Part shown: positions 23,026 to 35,661 of the stretch, piece after piece
How the letters are laid out: each line of letters opens with the position of its first letter
Numbering within the stretch: the first letter of the stretch is position 1
Source: Lytechinus pictus
Taxonomy: Eukaryota
Direction of reading: 5' to 3'
Length of the DNA stretch: 64,000 nt
NCBI RefSeq assembly: GCF_037042905.1
Contig: NC_087251.1
Span: forward strand, 22,198,001 to 22,262,000
The notes under the pieces: generated by a model
Told to the model about the DNA's origin: nothing
Database searches by the model: none
What the model saw: the letters and a program-made list of their open reading frames with translations, nothing else
Translations under genes and position numbers: made by a program

Positions 23026-25914
23026 CTGTGAAGACAACATTTGAAATGGTTTATTTTGTAAAGGTACAACATCTACTTTTGATGATAACAAAGCAAATGA
23101 TATCCAATCATTATTCACAAGGCCTTCAATCCTAACTAGACAAAGTTATTTTCGTTGATTTTACTGCCTATTCAGGATCTCAGCTGTAGACCGCAGGAAA
23201 ATCGGAAACATGTAGTCATGGCATATCCTACAGAATCATAATTTTACAAAAAAAAAAATATATATATTTTTTTTTTGGGGGGGGGGGTTAAATTGTGTAA
23301 TTTCAGTGATTATGCTCATTAATAAATGAAATAAAAACTTTGTTTCGTTCAAAATCAAGAAATAAATGTCAAAATATAATAATTGTGGGGCCTGAAATTC
23401 TCTGTGGTCTTCATGGAATGTCTGCTGTGAAAAACAATGTTACAAGAATGGATTCCCATTGTATATCACCGATTTATAATTTTGATATATATTTCTTTGC
23501 TTTTCGAATATTATTTATTTATTCAATAGAAACTGTTGGCAAAACTATTCTAACCAGAAATATAAAAGTCATGGAAATTAAAAATAATAATGACATTTAG
23601 CTGGAAACAGAAGTTTGTGTCTGACGTGCACTTACACAGTGTTGCATACATTTGGCCTTGCATACACAGGCCTTAAAACTTTGGTCTAAGAAATGAGTGA
23701 CAATTACAAGAATAAAAAGTCAGGAAACATTGCAGCAAAATCTTTTTGTGAATTGGACTTGTCACACAAAGTGTGTGTGGGGGGGGGGTGGAGGGGAGAT
23801 CTCCACATCTAGGTAGACTTGACTAAAAGTATGTACCCTGGACTAACCCAAGCAGCTATAGCATTCTGACAGTCTTGGGTCAAGGAACTAAAATGTTGGT
23901 GATTCCAATATCTTAAAGTAGACATCAAATTCGTAGATACATATAAAACAACCTTTCCCAAATAATTTGAGACATATTATTGAACTGCAATCTCAATACC
24001 AGAAAAAGTGTCTGTCTTGGAAGGCTATGCGGTGTTGAAAAACCAGTGGACAAGACTAAGTACTTACTGTGTTGGCACAACCATACAACCTGTCAGTGAC
24101 TAAACTCACCTTGTGTTTTATGTGTTCAGAACAAAGTTTTCTAATGACAGACTGTCTGTCTGCAAATAATAAAGCAGCTAACCAATTTCCTGCTTAACCC
24201 TAACAAGTGGAATGCCTCTGGCCGTCTCACCTGCATCACGCGATTCAATATAGCAGCAGTGCTGATTTTGAAAACTACTATAACTCGCACAAGATGTTCA
24301 GTGATACTTGGTTACTCTTATTTCCACGTTTTATGAACTAGACCAATACACTTATAGAGATATGATGGCAATTCAACAAATACCCCCAACGTGGCCAAAG
24401 TTCTTTGACCTTACATGACCTTTGACCTTGATCATGTGACCTGAAACTCGCACAGGATGTTCAGTGATACTTGATTACTATTATGTCCAAGTTTTATGAA
24501 CTAGACCAACACACTTTCAAATTTATGGCTGTAATTCAACAAATACCCAGAGCTGCCAACCTTGTGCAAGCAAAAAAAGGAATCATTATGGCAAAAAAAA
24601 GGAATTTCCAACAAAAAAAAGGAATGTGTTAAAACGAACCTTAAAACTACATGCGACATACATCCAATGCAAAAAGTATGTATGCAGTGAACAATTAAAA
24701 AAAAGTTAATCTCTAGGCCTAGTCTGGGCTAAGTAACGGAGTGTTACAAATTGGACCCTTAGTCTTGGGCCGTTTGATATAATCTACCAACTTTAATTAA
24801 GTCAGTAGCAGGGCTTGAATGAAGAATTGAGAGGGGCAAGGCCATTTTTAAATGGGCACTTTCAGCTTGGGGCAACCGGCAAAGTGGCCTTGGATGCCCC
24901 AAAATTTCAAGGGGTATCAAGGCCATGAAGGCCACTTTTATTCTAGTCAAATGGGCACCTAGGAAAATTTTTCTAAAAATGACAAGTAGGGCTTTCATTT
25001 TGTAGTGCAACCTACCCCGGCACTTATCAAAGTGAAGATCTGTCGAGAAAAAATTCTTTCAGGGGCACCAAAATCAGTTCTGGTGAACATTTTTAGGGCT
25101 CCATTTTTCTGGGGCTTCCTTTCCACTTCTAAAATAATTCATTGTTTTATGTTGAGTTTCCTGACAAAACTACCAAATTGTAGACTAAGAGAAAAAAAAA
25201 AAAAAGTTGACATCAATTCAGACTTCTCTTCCCATGTAACATTGTTTTTGCCAAACAGTACCCTTTAAAATTAAAGTGTCATAAAATGGAAGTGTACATG
25301 TAACATTCCACAAATATAGAAAAATTATTCATAAATCAATCTTATCTAAAATTCAAATAGATCTATAGATAAGAAGTTGAAATCATTCCACAAAAGTCCC
25401 CTCGTAAATCACTTCACGATGTGCACAGCTCAGCCTCAATCACACTGCACGCACACTCAATCATCCCCAGCAGTGACAGCACTATAGAGCAGACATCTAG
25501 GCCGCCAGAACCGGGGAAGAAATCTTCCCATTCCTGCTAAACTGAATGCTAAAGTGCCGACTTTTTTAATGAATTCCAAAGGCAGTAGGACATCTCTCTA
25601 GTATAAATCATGTGAAACTATCAATAAATGTTGAATATCACCCAGAATTATTACTTCAGGGGACAATGAAGAGCTTTCCAGGTCTTTTCAAAGCCGAATT
25701 CATCGTATTTGTTTGATACGAGTTGATGAAAATTAACCAGACAGTACCGGTACCGTTATTATCCGAAGGGAATTTATATTAATCAATTCAAGAAAATAGC
25801 CTCAAAATTTCATTTCTTTATCACTACAATTAATTTTAAAGTATATGAAAAATATCTTTTGATGATTCAATCTTTAATTTATATGATGAGTATTTTTGTA
25901 AAATTTTGCAAATG

Positions 25915-28139
25915 CAGGGCTCGACACTAGCGCCGGTCCGACGGTCCCAGACCGGTAAAAATCACTGTCGGACCAGTAGATTTTCAGAAATAGCAAGATT
26001 TACTGGTCCGACATGACCAGTAAAAAATATCATTGTCGGGCCAGTAATTTTTCCAAAAATAGCAAGATTTATGGGTCCGACATAAACAGTAATAAAAACT
26101 ATTGTTGGGCCAGTAACTTTTTCAGAAATGGTCAAATTCGCTAGTCCAACATAAACATGAAAAATATTCCATGACTCAAATTGCGAACCATTTTCCTCCC
26201 GTTAAATTCTGGCATTCACACACAGAACACACACAGAATGAATCGCATGCATTTTTTGATAGGGTAACATACAGTGTACACGTGGCTAGCCAGCCACACA
26301 GCCCACATGGTAAATTTCCTACTGGCTGCACGAACGAAGCTTGGCTAACCTCTGGCAGAAATCTCTCACAGAACTGTCAAAATTCACATTTCACACTAAT
26401 GAAAAGCTCTTATAATGTCCATATTTCCTAAAAATTTGCCAAAATTGGGGTAACTCTGTCATTTGTAAGCAGTAAAAGGAGAAATTTTCACTTCTGTTTT
26501 AGTTCAAAGAGATCGGGTTTCGAGTGATATCGTCTGAATACATGATAGCCCCACATATGCATTTGTGTGTGTGTTGATACACTTGGTTTCTTTCGTAGCT
26601 AGTACTAGTATACTAGTATTTTAATTGAGCCAAAAAGAAACTGATAATTTATTTATGATGATAGTTTTAGCTTTCTTCCTTTGTTTTCTTTCAATCTTTC
26701 TTTCCTTCTTTCTTTTCAATCTTTCTTTGTTTCTTCCCTCTCTTCTTTTACTGTCTTTCTTTTTTAATTTTCCCTTTTTCTTTGTCTTTTGTTCTTTCAT
26801 TCTTTCTATCCTGTTAATATTTTTCTCTATTTCTAATGCTCTTTCTTTTTCTTTCTTTTTTGATTTCCTTCTTTCTTTAATTCTTGAGTCCATCCATCCT
26901 ATATTTATCTCTTCTTTCTTTCTTCATTTCCTTCCTTCTTTTCCCCTTTCTTTCCTTCATTCTTTGTTACTTTCTTTCTTTCCTCATTCCATCCATCCTT
27001 TCTTTACCCTTTCTTGTTTTTATTCCTTCTTTCAGCCCTTTCTCTCTTTCATTCCTTCCTTTCTTCTTTGTCTTTTGTTCTTTCTTTTTCCCCTTTGTTC
27101 CATCTATCCTTTTACCTTTTCTTTCTTCCTTTTATTTACTGCTTGCTTCCTTTCCTTTCTTTCTTTGAAGTTTGGTCTTTCTTTTTTGTTCTTCCTTTCA
27201 TTTATTCTTTTACATTTTTTTTAATTTTTTATATTGCTTGCTTGCTTCCTTCCTTCTTTATTCCTTCCCAACATTCCTTTTTCCTTCTATCATTTTCCCT
27301 TTTCTTGATTTCTTCCTTCTTTCAATCCTTTCTTTCTGTTTTCCTTCTTTCCATCTCTCCTTTTACCCTTTTTTTCTTTTTTTATTCCTTCTTTCCTTCT
27401 TTCTTTCATTACTTTGTCTTTTGTTCTTTCTTTTTATATTGCTTGCTTCATTTCTTTCCTTCTTTCCTTCATTCTTTTTTTCTTTTGTTCTTTCTTTCCT
27501 TCCTTTCCTTCTTTGGTTTTTTTTTTCCTTCCTTCACATTTTTTCTTTACTTTTTTCTTCCTTCGTTTCTTTTATTCTTTCTTTTTTCCTTCTTTCCATC
27601 TCTCCTTTTACCCTTTCTTTCTTGTTTTATTGCTTCTTTCCTTCTTTCTTTTTCTTTTTTCATTACTTTCTGTCTTTTATTTTTTCTTTCTTTATTGCTT
27701 GCATCATTTCTTTCCTTCTTTTTTTTTCTTCTTTCTTTCTTTCTTTCCTTCCTTTTTTTCTTTCGTTCTTTCTTTCTTATTTTTTTTCTTTCTTTCCTTC
27801 CTTTCCTTCTTTCTTTCTTTAGTTCTTTCTTTTTTCCTTCCTTCACATCTATCCTTTCTTTACCTTTGCTTTTTTTCTTCCTTCCTTCCTTTCTTTTATT
27901 CTTTCTTCCTTTCTTTCTTTTTGTCTTTCATTCATTCATTCCTTCATTTTTTTTTTGGGGGGGGGGGGTAACAAGAAAGGACAGCAAAATAAACTCACGC
28001 CTTTTTTTTATGTTTTCTTTATTTTTTGGGACCAGTAGATTTTAGGTTCGGACCAGTAAAAAATTGAAAAACTGGGTATCTACTGGTCTGACATGAATAG
28101 GTTGGACCAGTAGAAAAAAAGGGTTAGTGTGGAGCCCTG
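25915..28139. mobile_element. TIR element with 7-bp TSD (hAT/P-like termini), nested third level
   Basis: TIR CAGGGCTC(G/C)ACACTA; GCAAATG duplicated at 25908-25914 and 28140-28146; subterminal GGACCAGTA/GGTCCGAC repeats at both ends. Confidence 0.8.
26670..27955. repeat. Polypyrimidine (TTTC/TTCC-rich) low-complexity tract
   Basis: CT-rich on the + strand; gives spurious F/L/S and K/E/R ORFs. Confidence 0.95.
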
Positions 28140-30030
28140 GCAAATGGAATAATAATTTCCCTCAAACCTCCAAATCCCCCTCCATTACAAATGGACTCTT
28201 CTCTTACTACATTTGGGGAATTACCCTACCCAATTCATCGTACTCCTCGCTCTGCACTGCAAGAACAAACGTTGGCTCCACTCACCTGAAGGTGTTGGCC
28301 CGTGCGTAAAGACAACGTATTAGCAGTAACGTTAGATCTAACATTCGGCGGAAATCTGATTTTCGGATCGTTTTTTTGTACATAAAACATCACTTTATAG
28401 GAAAGAAATTACATGCAAATTTAAGATAAAATATATAAAATTCAGAAATATCGTACCTTAGACCGCAGTTACTGTTATTTCCTTTCAAATGATGATCAAA
28501 ACATAATCATCCTCGATCCTTTCGTTTGTCATCGTAAGTTGCCATCTTGGATGACGTCATCATCCTTACAGACGTATTTACCAGTCGCTATACATCGCGA
28601 TTCGTACCGTGCATGCCGCTCGCATATTCAACTAACGTATATGTACGTGCACGCTATCAAATTATTAAAGTGCGTTGGAAAACCGGCCGGCAGGCGACTA
28701 CGCACGCGCAAGTACCAGGCTCATCTCGGGCTCAACACGCACTCCACATACATACAATTATGTACACACATTATCAAAATTGTCAAAAAACGTAATTTGA
28801 AAAGAAAAACCATAATGCCGTAATTTGAATGAAAAAACGTAATGATTACGGCAAAAACGTAATGGTTGGCAGCTCTGAATACCCCAATTTGGCCAAAGTT
28901 CATTGACCCTAAATGACCTTTGACCTTGATCATGTGACCTGAAACTCGCACAGGATGTTCAGTGATACTTGATTACTATTATGTCCAAGTTTTATGAACT
29001 AGACCAACACACTTTCAAATTTATGGCTGTAATTCAACAAATACCCCAATTTGGCCAAAGTTCATTGACCCTAAATGACCTTTGACCTTGATCATGTGAC
29101 CTGAAACTTGCACAGGATGTTCAGTAATACTTGATTACTATTATGTCCAAGTTTCATGAATCAGATCCATAAACTTTCAAAGTTATGATGGTAATTCAAC
29201 AGATACCCCCAATTCGGCCAAAGTTCATTGACCCTAAATGACCTTTGACCTTGGTCATGTGATGTGAAACTCATGCAGGATGTTCAGTGATACTTGATTA
29301 ACCTTATGTATAAGTTTCATGAACTAGGTCCATATATTTTCTAAGTTATGATGACATTTCAAAAACTTAACCTTAGGTTAAGATTTTGATGTTGATTCCC
29401 CCAACATGGTCTAAGTTCATTGACCCTAAATGACCTTTGACCTTGGTCATGTGACATGAAACTCAGGCAGGATGTTTAGTAATACTTGATTAACCTTATG
29501 GCCAAGTTTCATGAACTAGGTCCATATACTTTCTAAGTTATGCTGTCATTTCAAAAACTTAACCTCAGGTTAAGATTTGGTGTTGACGCCGCCGCCGCCG
29601 TCGCCGTCGGAAAAGCGGCGCCTATAGTCTCACTCTGCTATGCAGGTGAGACAAAAATGTCATGATATGTTGTCAATGTTGACCAAATATATCACAGCAG
29701 ATTCTTCAAAGTTCAAACACAATATAAGAAAAGTTGCTAAGGTCTGTTGAACAAGGTCTAAACAAGTTTTGCTATCACTGATGTTATGATAGTTATTTTG
29801 ACCCATTGCAGATAGGATTCCACAAACACAGCATATGAAAGCTCATCTTGTTAAGCTTTGTTACACCATATCAGCATAAATATCTGACAAAGTTTTACTA
29901 CCAGTGAGGTTATCAAGATATTTTGACCCATTTCACGGTACATTCTGCGGACGCAATAACAAACATTGCTATGTTTGGTCGCACCATGTTTAGAATATGG
30001 GCAGTGATGTCATAATAGGTGACCCATTAC

Positions 30031-30150
30031 CTCTTGTGCAGGGACTTGAGGCCACTTGGCTGCTGGTGTACCTGGTCGAGGGAAGTACTGATTGATGAAC
30101 ACACTGGGAAATCGAAACTCCTCTATCAAACTCAGAGTTTCCTCAAAGTC
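30031..30150 (-). CDS. CDKAL1: CDKAL1 coding exon 9 ([33 protein letters not shown]...)
   Basis: tttcag|GAC acceptor and GAG|gtaat donor; 120 nt; PRPGTPAA MTTase motif. Confidence 0.95.
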
Positions 30151-31137
30151 CTGAAAAAAAAGAAACAATTGAAACCCATAACATTTCTTCCACCACCAAT
30201 TAGCTACATGAAAACCTCACCCTAACCATACCGTAAACTTTACTTTTACAATCATAAAAAAATTCTATCAATACCCCCTTTTAATAATTTTGGAGAAAAA
30301 TATTGCGCTGCTTTAGAACAAATCAAAATCCCAAAGAACAAGAACCCCTCAATGGAACTTTGAAATGGCCTGAAATTCACAAACGTGTTTTTCTATCATT
30401 AATTTGAAATATGGTTTATGCGGTTGCCATGCATTAATAACATTTTTTTTTGGCATATACTGAGAAAAGGTCGTTGAATGATCATAAACAATGTAGGAAA
30501 CTTATAAATTCAAAACTGGGGGCTAAGTTTATTTTTCAAACACTGGCAACAAAGTCAAGGGTGATTTTGGCGCCCTGAGACAAAAGTGCATATCGTATCA
30601 ACATCGTACCCAATCGCAATACATGCACTAAATTAAGTGTAATAAATGCATGAAATCTGCGTTAACAATGGCTTCAGCCATTCATAAACACCTTAGTGAA
30701 TTTTGGCCAAGGCTTTAGACCACAGATTTATAACCAACTTTGTGAATTTAAGAATTTTATAAAAGCTTAATTCAAGCAATTCATTCTAAAATAGTTGAAC
30801 TTGCATAATGAAACGCACCTGTAAAGGACAGAAGACCTTAGGATGCAAACCCCACACTTTTTATCTGAGAATCAAACATTACTTTAGATTTCAATGAAAA
30901 TTGAAATGTAGCTCCATCTTTGGCAGAGTAACATTTTGCAGGGCAAATTCAATGTGAATGGAAAATAATGGCAACTGGCCTAACATGTTCTATACATTTT
31001 GCATATCTCACTGTAGTATTGGTAATTATCATTATCAGCATTACTTTTTTCACTAAATGCACCAAAGTTTAATACCCTTGTTCTGGATCATTGCCATTAA
31101 TTTAAGAATTGTAGTTCACATGAGGACAGATAGTTAC

Positions 31138-31198
31138 CTTATCACTCTCTGTGGGAAATCCGCATATTATGTCTGTTGCTATGGTAACATGAGGCACT
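31138..31198 (-). CDS. CDKAL1: CDKAL1 coding exon 8 (VPHVTIATDIICGFPTESDK)
   Basis: ctttcag| acceptor and AAG|gtaac donor; 61 nt; TDIICGFPTE motif; too short for the ORF track. Confidence 0.95.
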
Positions 31199-32276
31199 CT
31201 GAAAGGCAGATATAAATATGAAAATATACAAAGTACAAAAGTTATTTTGATCATTGATTAATTAATTATGCTGAACAATGATTGGGTAAATACATTTGAG
31301 AGGTAAAGAAAGGATGGTTTTGAGCAACACTTAATCTTAATATTTTTCTGCAACAAATATTCTTGTTTATAATTCATAGGTCTTTCATACATGTGTATAT
31401 GGTACACTATTAAAATAAGTTTTCAAAAGAACGAGTCCCAAACAGCAATACAAACTTTGATTCTAACATGTTTGAATACATACACAATAGATCTTAATTA
31501 ACACAAACTACTGAAAAGTAGAGGATTTCAAAAGTATAAAATATTGGAGGTGGAATGATGGTTTATTCTTTAAAAGCCTGAGTTCAAGATTTCTTCCATG
31601 AAGAGCTAATAAATGAAATATAAAAAAATTACCTAATTCTGAATGGCTTTCACAAGCACACTAACATTTGGCTAAGGGTGTGAATGTATTAAACTTACAG
31701 TTGAGGGTTTGCTCTAAATTTTTGTAAAGTGGAAATGTCAGCAGGCATTCATTTTTAGGCAAATTAAAAAAATAGTTTAAGGTTTCTTAATAACAAATTC
31801 AGCATCCCTCAGCTGACTGATAAGGCAAAATTTTATGCTGGATTTTCCTTTTTTTATTTTTAAATATGATATTCTTTGCAAACCTTTTTAGGTACCAATG
31901 TCATGTTTAATAACAAAACTTATTCTTTTCTATCTCACTTTTAATTTAATTCAATATTCTTTTAGAGGGGCGAAAGAGAACAGAAGTGGAAGTATGATGT
32001 AGTTTCTTTAAACTTGCCAAAAATCCTTGCATGACGGTTCTATTTTTGTTCTTATTTTCAAAACAATTTCTGGTTGGATATTTAGAATAACAGGGAAAGT
32101 ATATTTATTTCAATTGAGACATTATGACCATGTAATGTATTTTTCAAACAAGTATTATGCATGGTGGTGAAATGGTCGTAGTCCTATTACAGAGCCTATA
32201 TCGCTGCTAGTATTACATGTAAGTCGTGAGCCTCAAAATAAACTCCCTGTCAAGAATATTTTTCTTAAAATCTTAC

Positions 32277-32422
32277 TCTTTTCTGAGGAACTTCACAATT
32301 TGCCTGAAGTCATCAGAGCAGTATTCTCTCTTCATGTCCATGAGAACCGAATCTGACCCTGATTGAATTGGTATGTGAAGGAAGGAGTATACCCTAGGAT
32401 GGCGTAGTATCCTGGCAATACC
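32277..32422 (-). CDS. CDKAL1: CDKAL1 coding exon 7 ([34 protein letters not shown]...)
   Basis: ctatag|GGT acceptor and GA|gtaag donor; 146 nt; HIPxQSGSD motif. Confidence 0.95.
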
Positions 32423-33338
32423 CTATAGAAATATTACACACAGACACAATAGCAATTAGTGTGTTTAGCCTTGTTCAGATTTAGTGACACAATGCTCAGC
32501 AATAGTTTCCAGTGTTCAGACATGATAAGACAAATCTTATCACTTTTAATAATCAATGCGGATTACACGCTCCACGTCCCCAAAATTGTATGAAGTTGCA
32601 CTGATAAACTTTTGACATCATAGGGATTCCATAATGATAGCATGAGCTATGCCAAATTACTTCATAATGAGTTCATGAGTTTGTCTCCATAACCTGAGCA
32701 GCCTTTTACAAATGATCCTTTATGTTATTATTAGAAATCTGATTAGAGAAGGTTTTTTTCTGTCTTGTGAAAAAAAAAATATTGCACATCCAAAAATTTG
32801 TTGATGCCTCATTCGCTTTCATAATGTCCTATCCTATTGAATGCTGCTGAGCTATGATGCTAAGCTTTATCACATCTTGTCTGAATGAGGCTGTCATGTG
32901 AGATGGGCCTCATCAGCCTCAATGATACAGAATGATTATGATGGCTACTAAAGGAAAATATACAGGTTGCAGACTTCTGCTCATCGTGAACCAGAGTAAA
33001 AATCAAGAGATGGTGTTTAGCAATTAAATAGGTGTCATAATGAAAGGATATCAATTTCAAATACAAATGAAATTCAGTTACCAATTTTGATATTTGTAAC
33101 TTTTAATGTTATCATTAATATAACATTTTATTATTTTAACACAGCAATAATTCAGCGTACTTGACAATGATGCACATAACAAAATAAAAGTACTAGGTAA
33201 GAAATCATACAACTCGCTACAAATGAAACATTAACTTGTTATGCTCTATGAAATAGGTGTTTATTTTTTGGTGTTTGAAAATTCTGGAATTGTATAAAGG
33301 ATCAATGGGATTGGGGAAGTGACCTTTTTTAAACTCAC

Positions 33339-33505
33339 CTCTAAATGGTCAAGAATATAAGGTGGATTGGTCATGCCTATCCTCATCATACATCCCTCTG
33401 GTATGACATCTACTAACTGGTCAAGGAGCTCAACAATGGTCACTCCTATATCAATGCCATAGGCACCTGTGTCCTCACTGGTCAGCCAGATCTCACAGAC
33501 TCCCT
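33339..33505 (-). CDS. CDKAL1: CDKAL1 coding exon 6 ([17 protein letters not shown]...[16 protein letters not shown])
   Basis: caatag| acceptor and GAG|gtgag donor; 167 nt. Confidence 0.96.
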
Positions 33506-34488
33506 CTATTGACAAGAAAAATAATTGAGAAAATAAATCAAACAATTAACTTTTACTTTAAACTGCTAGTTACAATTTTGTATTGAATGAAATAACAGCT
33601 ACACCAGAAGGTCTGAACCAGTGTGTGCGTGTGTATGATGGGAAATTCTTCATCTGTGCGCATGCCCAGTTAACAGAGGAGAGGAGTTGAATAATCAATA
33701 GCTCTTATTGCGATAAAAGCTTTCAGAAGACCTCTGAATTTGTGTGTATATGTGCGGCCTGCCTTGCAGCCTTGGTGGTGCAGGTTAGCTACAACATACA
33801 TGTACAGTGAGACAACGTTGATCAAGTTGATTTTCCTAACATAAATAATAAAATGTCAAACGTCACTCAATGGTGACATATGAGGGTGCATTTAACGCTA
33901 CATGTTTGTACCTGATGGGGTCATTGGGATCAGGCAGTAAAGCTAGCTGGTCACTGCATCTACATTTTATGACATGATAAATCTTCCAGCATAATCATTT
34001 GATGGAAAGCTTTTACTAATGAGACTCCTCTCTTAAATATACAGATTGGTTCATCTAATGTCAATGCCAAATGTTAGATAATGAAAAGATTTTACTAGGG
34101 AGGAAGATGATAAAGCAAATGAAGCACCCCTGATAGTCTTGCTTGTATTATACAAGCCATTGAGAGTGTCATATAAATTACTTTTTCAATAAAATATGTG
34201 AAAATTAAAAACTGGTATTCAGATACTACAAGAGGGGTAGTATTTCTAGAGTGCATTTTCTATGTCAATGTTCAAATGTGTTTTACAAAATGAATTAACT
34301 GGAGCTTATAGCAATAGCCAAGAAAGTTATTGGCTGAGAGACATCTAACTATGATGGCCCTCTACGCACCTTGTCCAAAATCAAAGGTCTCTCCCGCAGG
34401 ATTCCCGAAAGCAGCTTCTTAATACCAATCCTCACATTTCTTCATAGCCAATATAAAGTAAAATGCAGGACAGTTGTCATAAGCTTAC

Positions 34489-34592
34489 CATCAAAAGACT
34501 GTTTTGCTCTGGCAACTAATTCTTCTGGTGGGTAACTACCAAGTTCTCCCCTTGCATGCTTTGTCTTGCAATAGGTGCATTGGTTTAGGCAG
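34489..34592 (-). CDS. CDKAL1: CDKAL1 coding exon 5 ([21 protein letters not shown]...; radical SAM CxxxCxxC)
   Basis: caccag| acceptor and G|gtaag donor; 104 nt. Confidence 0.96.
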
Positions 34593-34860
34593 CTGGTGGA
34601 ATAAAGGAAAACAAAACATGAAATCAATCCAAAACTACCAGAAATATCCATGACAAACAGAGATATTGCTGTCCTGAATGAGAGCCTTACATGAGTGGAT
34701 TTCAAACTGCAAAGACTGCAAAGCATTCCCAGTTTGACGAGTAATGAATAGAAGAAAAACAAAAATAAGAGTAAGAAACCACAAGAGCAATATTTTATTT
34801 TTCTATCTCCATCATCCTTGTAACATTATACAGCAGTAAGCCTACAGGCAATAGTAATAA

Positions 34861-34990
34861 TAATATTGACCGCCTTTAATTTTCGGGAGATACACATTAT
34901 ATTTCCCTCAAATTGCCCTCGTCAAGACTCGGGCAATGAGACTACTTCAGGTAATATAAATGATATCTCCCTCAAAGCCAGTCAATATTA
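34861..34990. mobile_element. Small (~130 bp) inverted-repeat element
   Basis: TAATATTGACCGCCTTT..GGGAGATA / TATCTCCC..AAAGCCAGTCAATATTA. Confidence 0.5.
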
Positions 34991-35108
34991 TATAAAGATC
35001 AGCAGGGTTCCATTGCATAAAGCTTAGTGATTGATTATATAGTTGATTTCATCATTGACTGTACATATCATAAATACAATCTATAAAACATCTAAGATCA
35101 ATTATTAA

Positions 35109-35494
35109 AGGTAAAATACAGTAGTTGCAGCAAACAATTATTTCATGAGAAAGTCTTTTAAATCATGGTTAATTGTCAAATATTATCAAACATCTAGATC
35201 TGGTACACTAATGTAAACTTATCTTTGTAAAATCATAAAATCTTAGCCCCGATAATGCTGATGATCACCAACACAGAAAAGCATATGTGGGACAGTGTAT
35301 TAATATTGCTTCGCAAAATACTTGACATTTGATGGAAATCTGTGCTTATTTAGCTAATTTCTCAGCAATTACACATTTTCTTCCAGAGCTTTTTGATACA
35401 TGTTTATTTTAAATACATACAAACACTTTGTTTTAATTTCATTGGATTCTGTTCAAACTCATTTTGAGATCGTTGCCACAACTGGTATTTATCT
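35109..35494. mobile_element. Kolobok-like MITE (TTAA TSD), second family, copy 1
   Basis: TTAA|AGGTAAA..CAGTAGTTGCAG...ACTGGTATTTATCT|TTAA; homologous to 41619-42013 and to the split copy at 44096-63666. Confidence 0.8.
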
Positions 35495-35532
35495 TTAAGC
35501 TTTGTTATGGAACCCTTGTGTTCAGTACTTAC

Positions 35533-35653
35533 CCTGTATTTATTGCGAGGATTTCTACCAGCGGATTTCTCCTTATCTTTGGCAGGTCCAGACTAGCCCC
35601 ACCAATCTTCTTTCCTTCCTTCTTCTTCTGGCCAAACAATCTCACTGTATTCC
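35533..35653 (-). CDS. CDKAL1: CDKAL1 coding exon 4 ([11 protein letters not shown]...[20 protein letters not shown])
   Basis: ttacag| acceptor and GG|gtaag donor; 121 nt. Confidence 0.96.
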
Positions 35654-35661
35654 CTGTAATA

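Larger units (their letters stand above)
24548..28877. mobile_element. 4.3-kb TIR element with 6-bp TSD nested in HINE A
   Basis: 14-bp perfect TIR CAGAGCTGCCAACC; AATACC duplicated at 24542-24547 and 28878-28883; host repeat resumes exactly afterwards. Confidence 0.85.
24202..29652 (-). mobile_element. Helentron-associated (HINE/DINE-1-like) element A, interrupted by nested insertions
   Basis: SubTIR GTCTCACCTGCAT near one end and hairpin GTCTCACTCTGCTATGCAGGTGAGAC at the other; (GCC)n microsatellite; ~160-190-bp internal tandem units with GACCTTTGACC; no TSD, A/T-run flanks; near reverse complement of 55857-56976. Confidence 0.8.

Noticed and set aside
26621..28045. F/L/S-rich (343 aa) and K/E/R-rich ORFs
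   Set aside because: Same low-complexity artefact on both strands
31175..31188. RFX X-box GTTGCTATGGTAAC
   Set aside because: Lies in CDKAL1 coding sequence (VTIAT codons) and is explained by protein constraint
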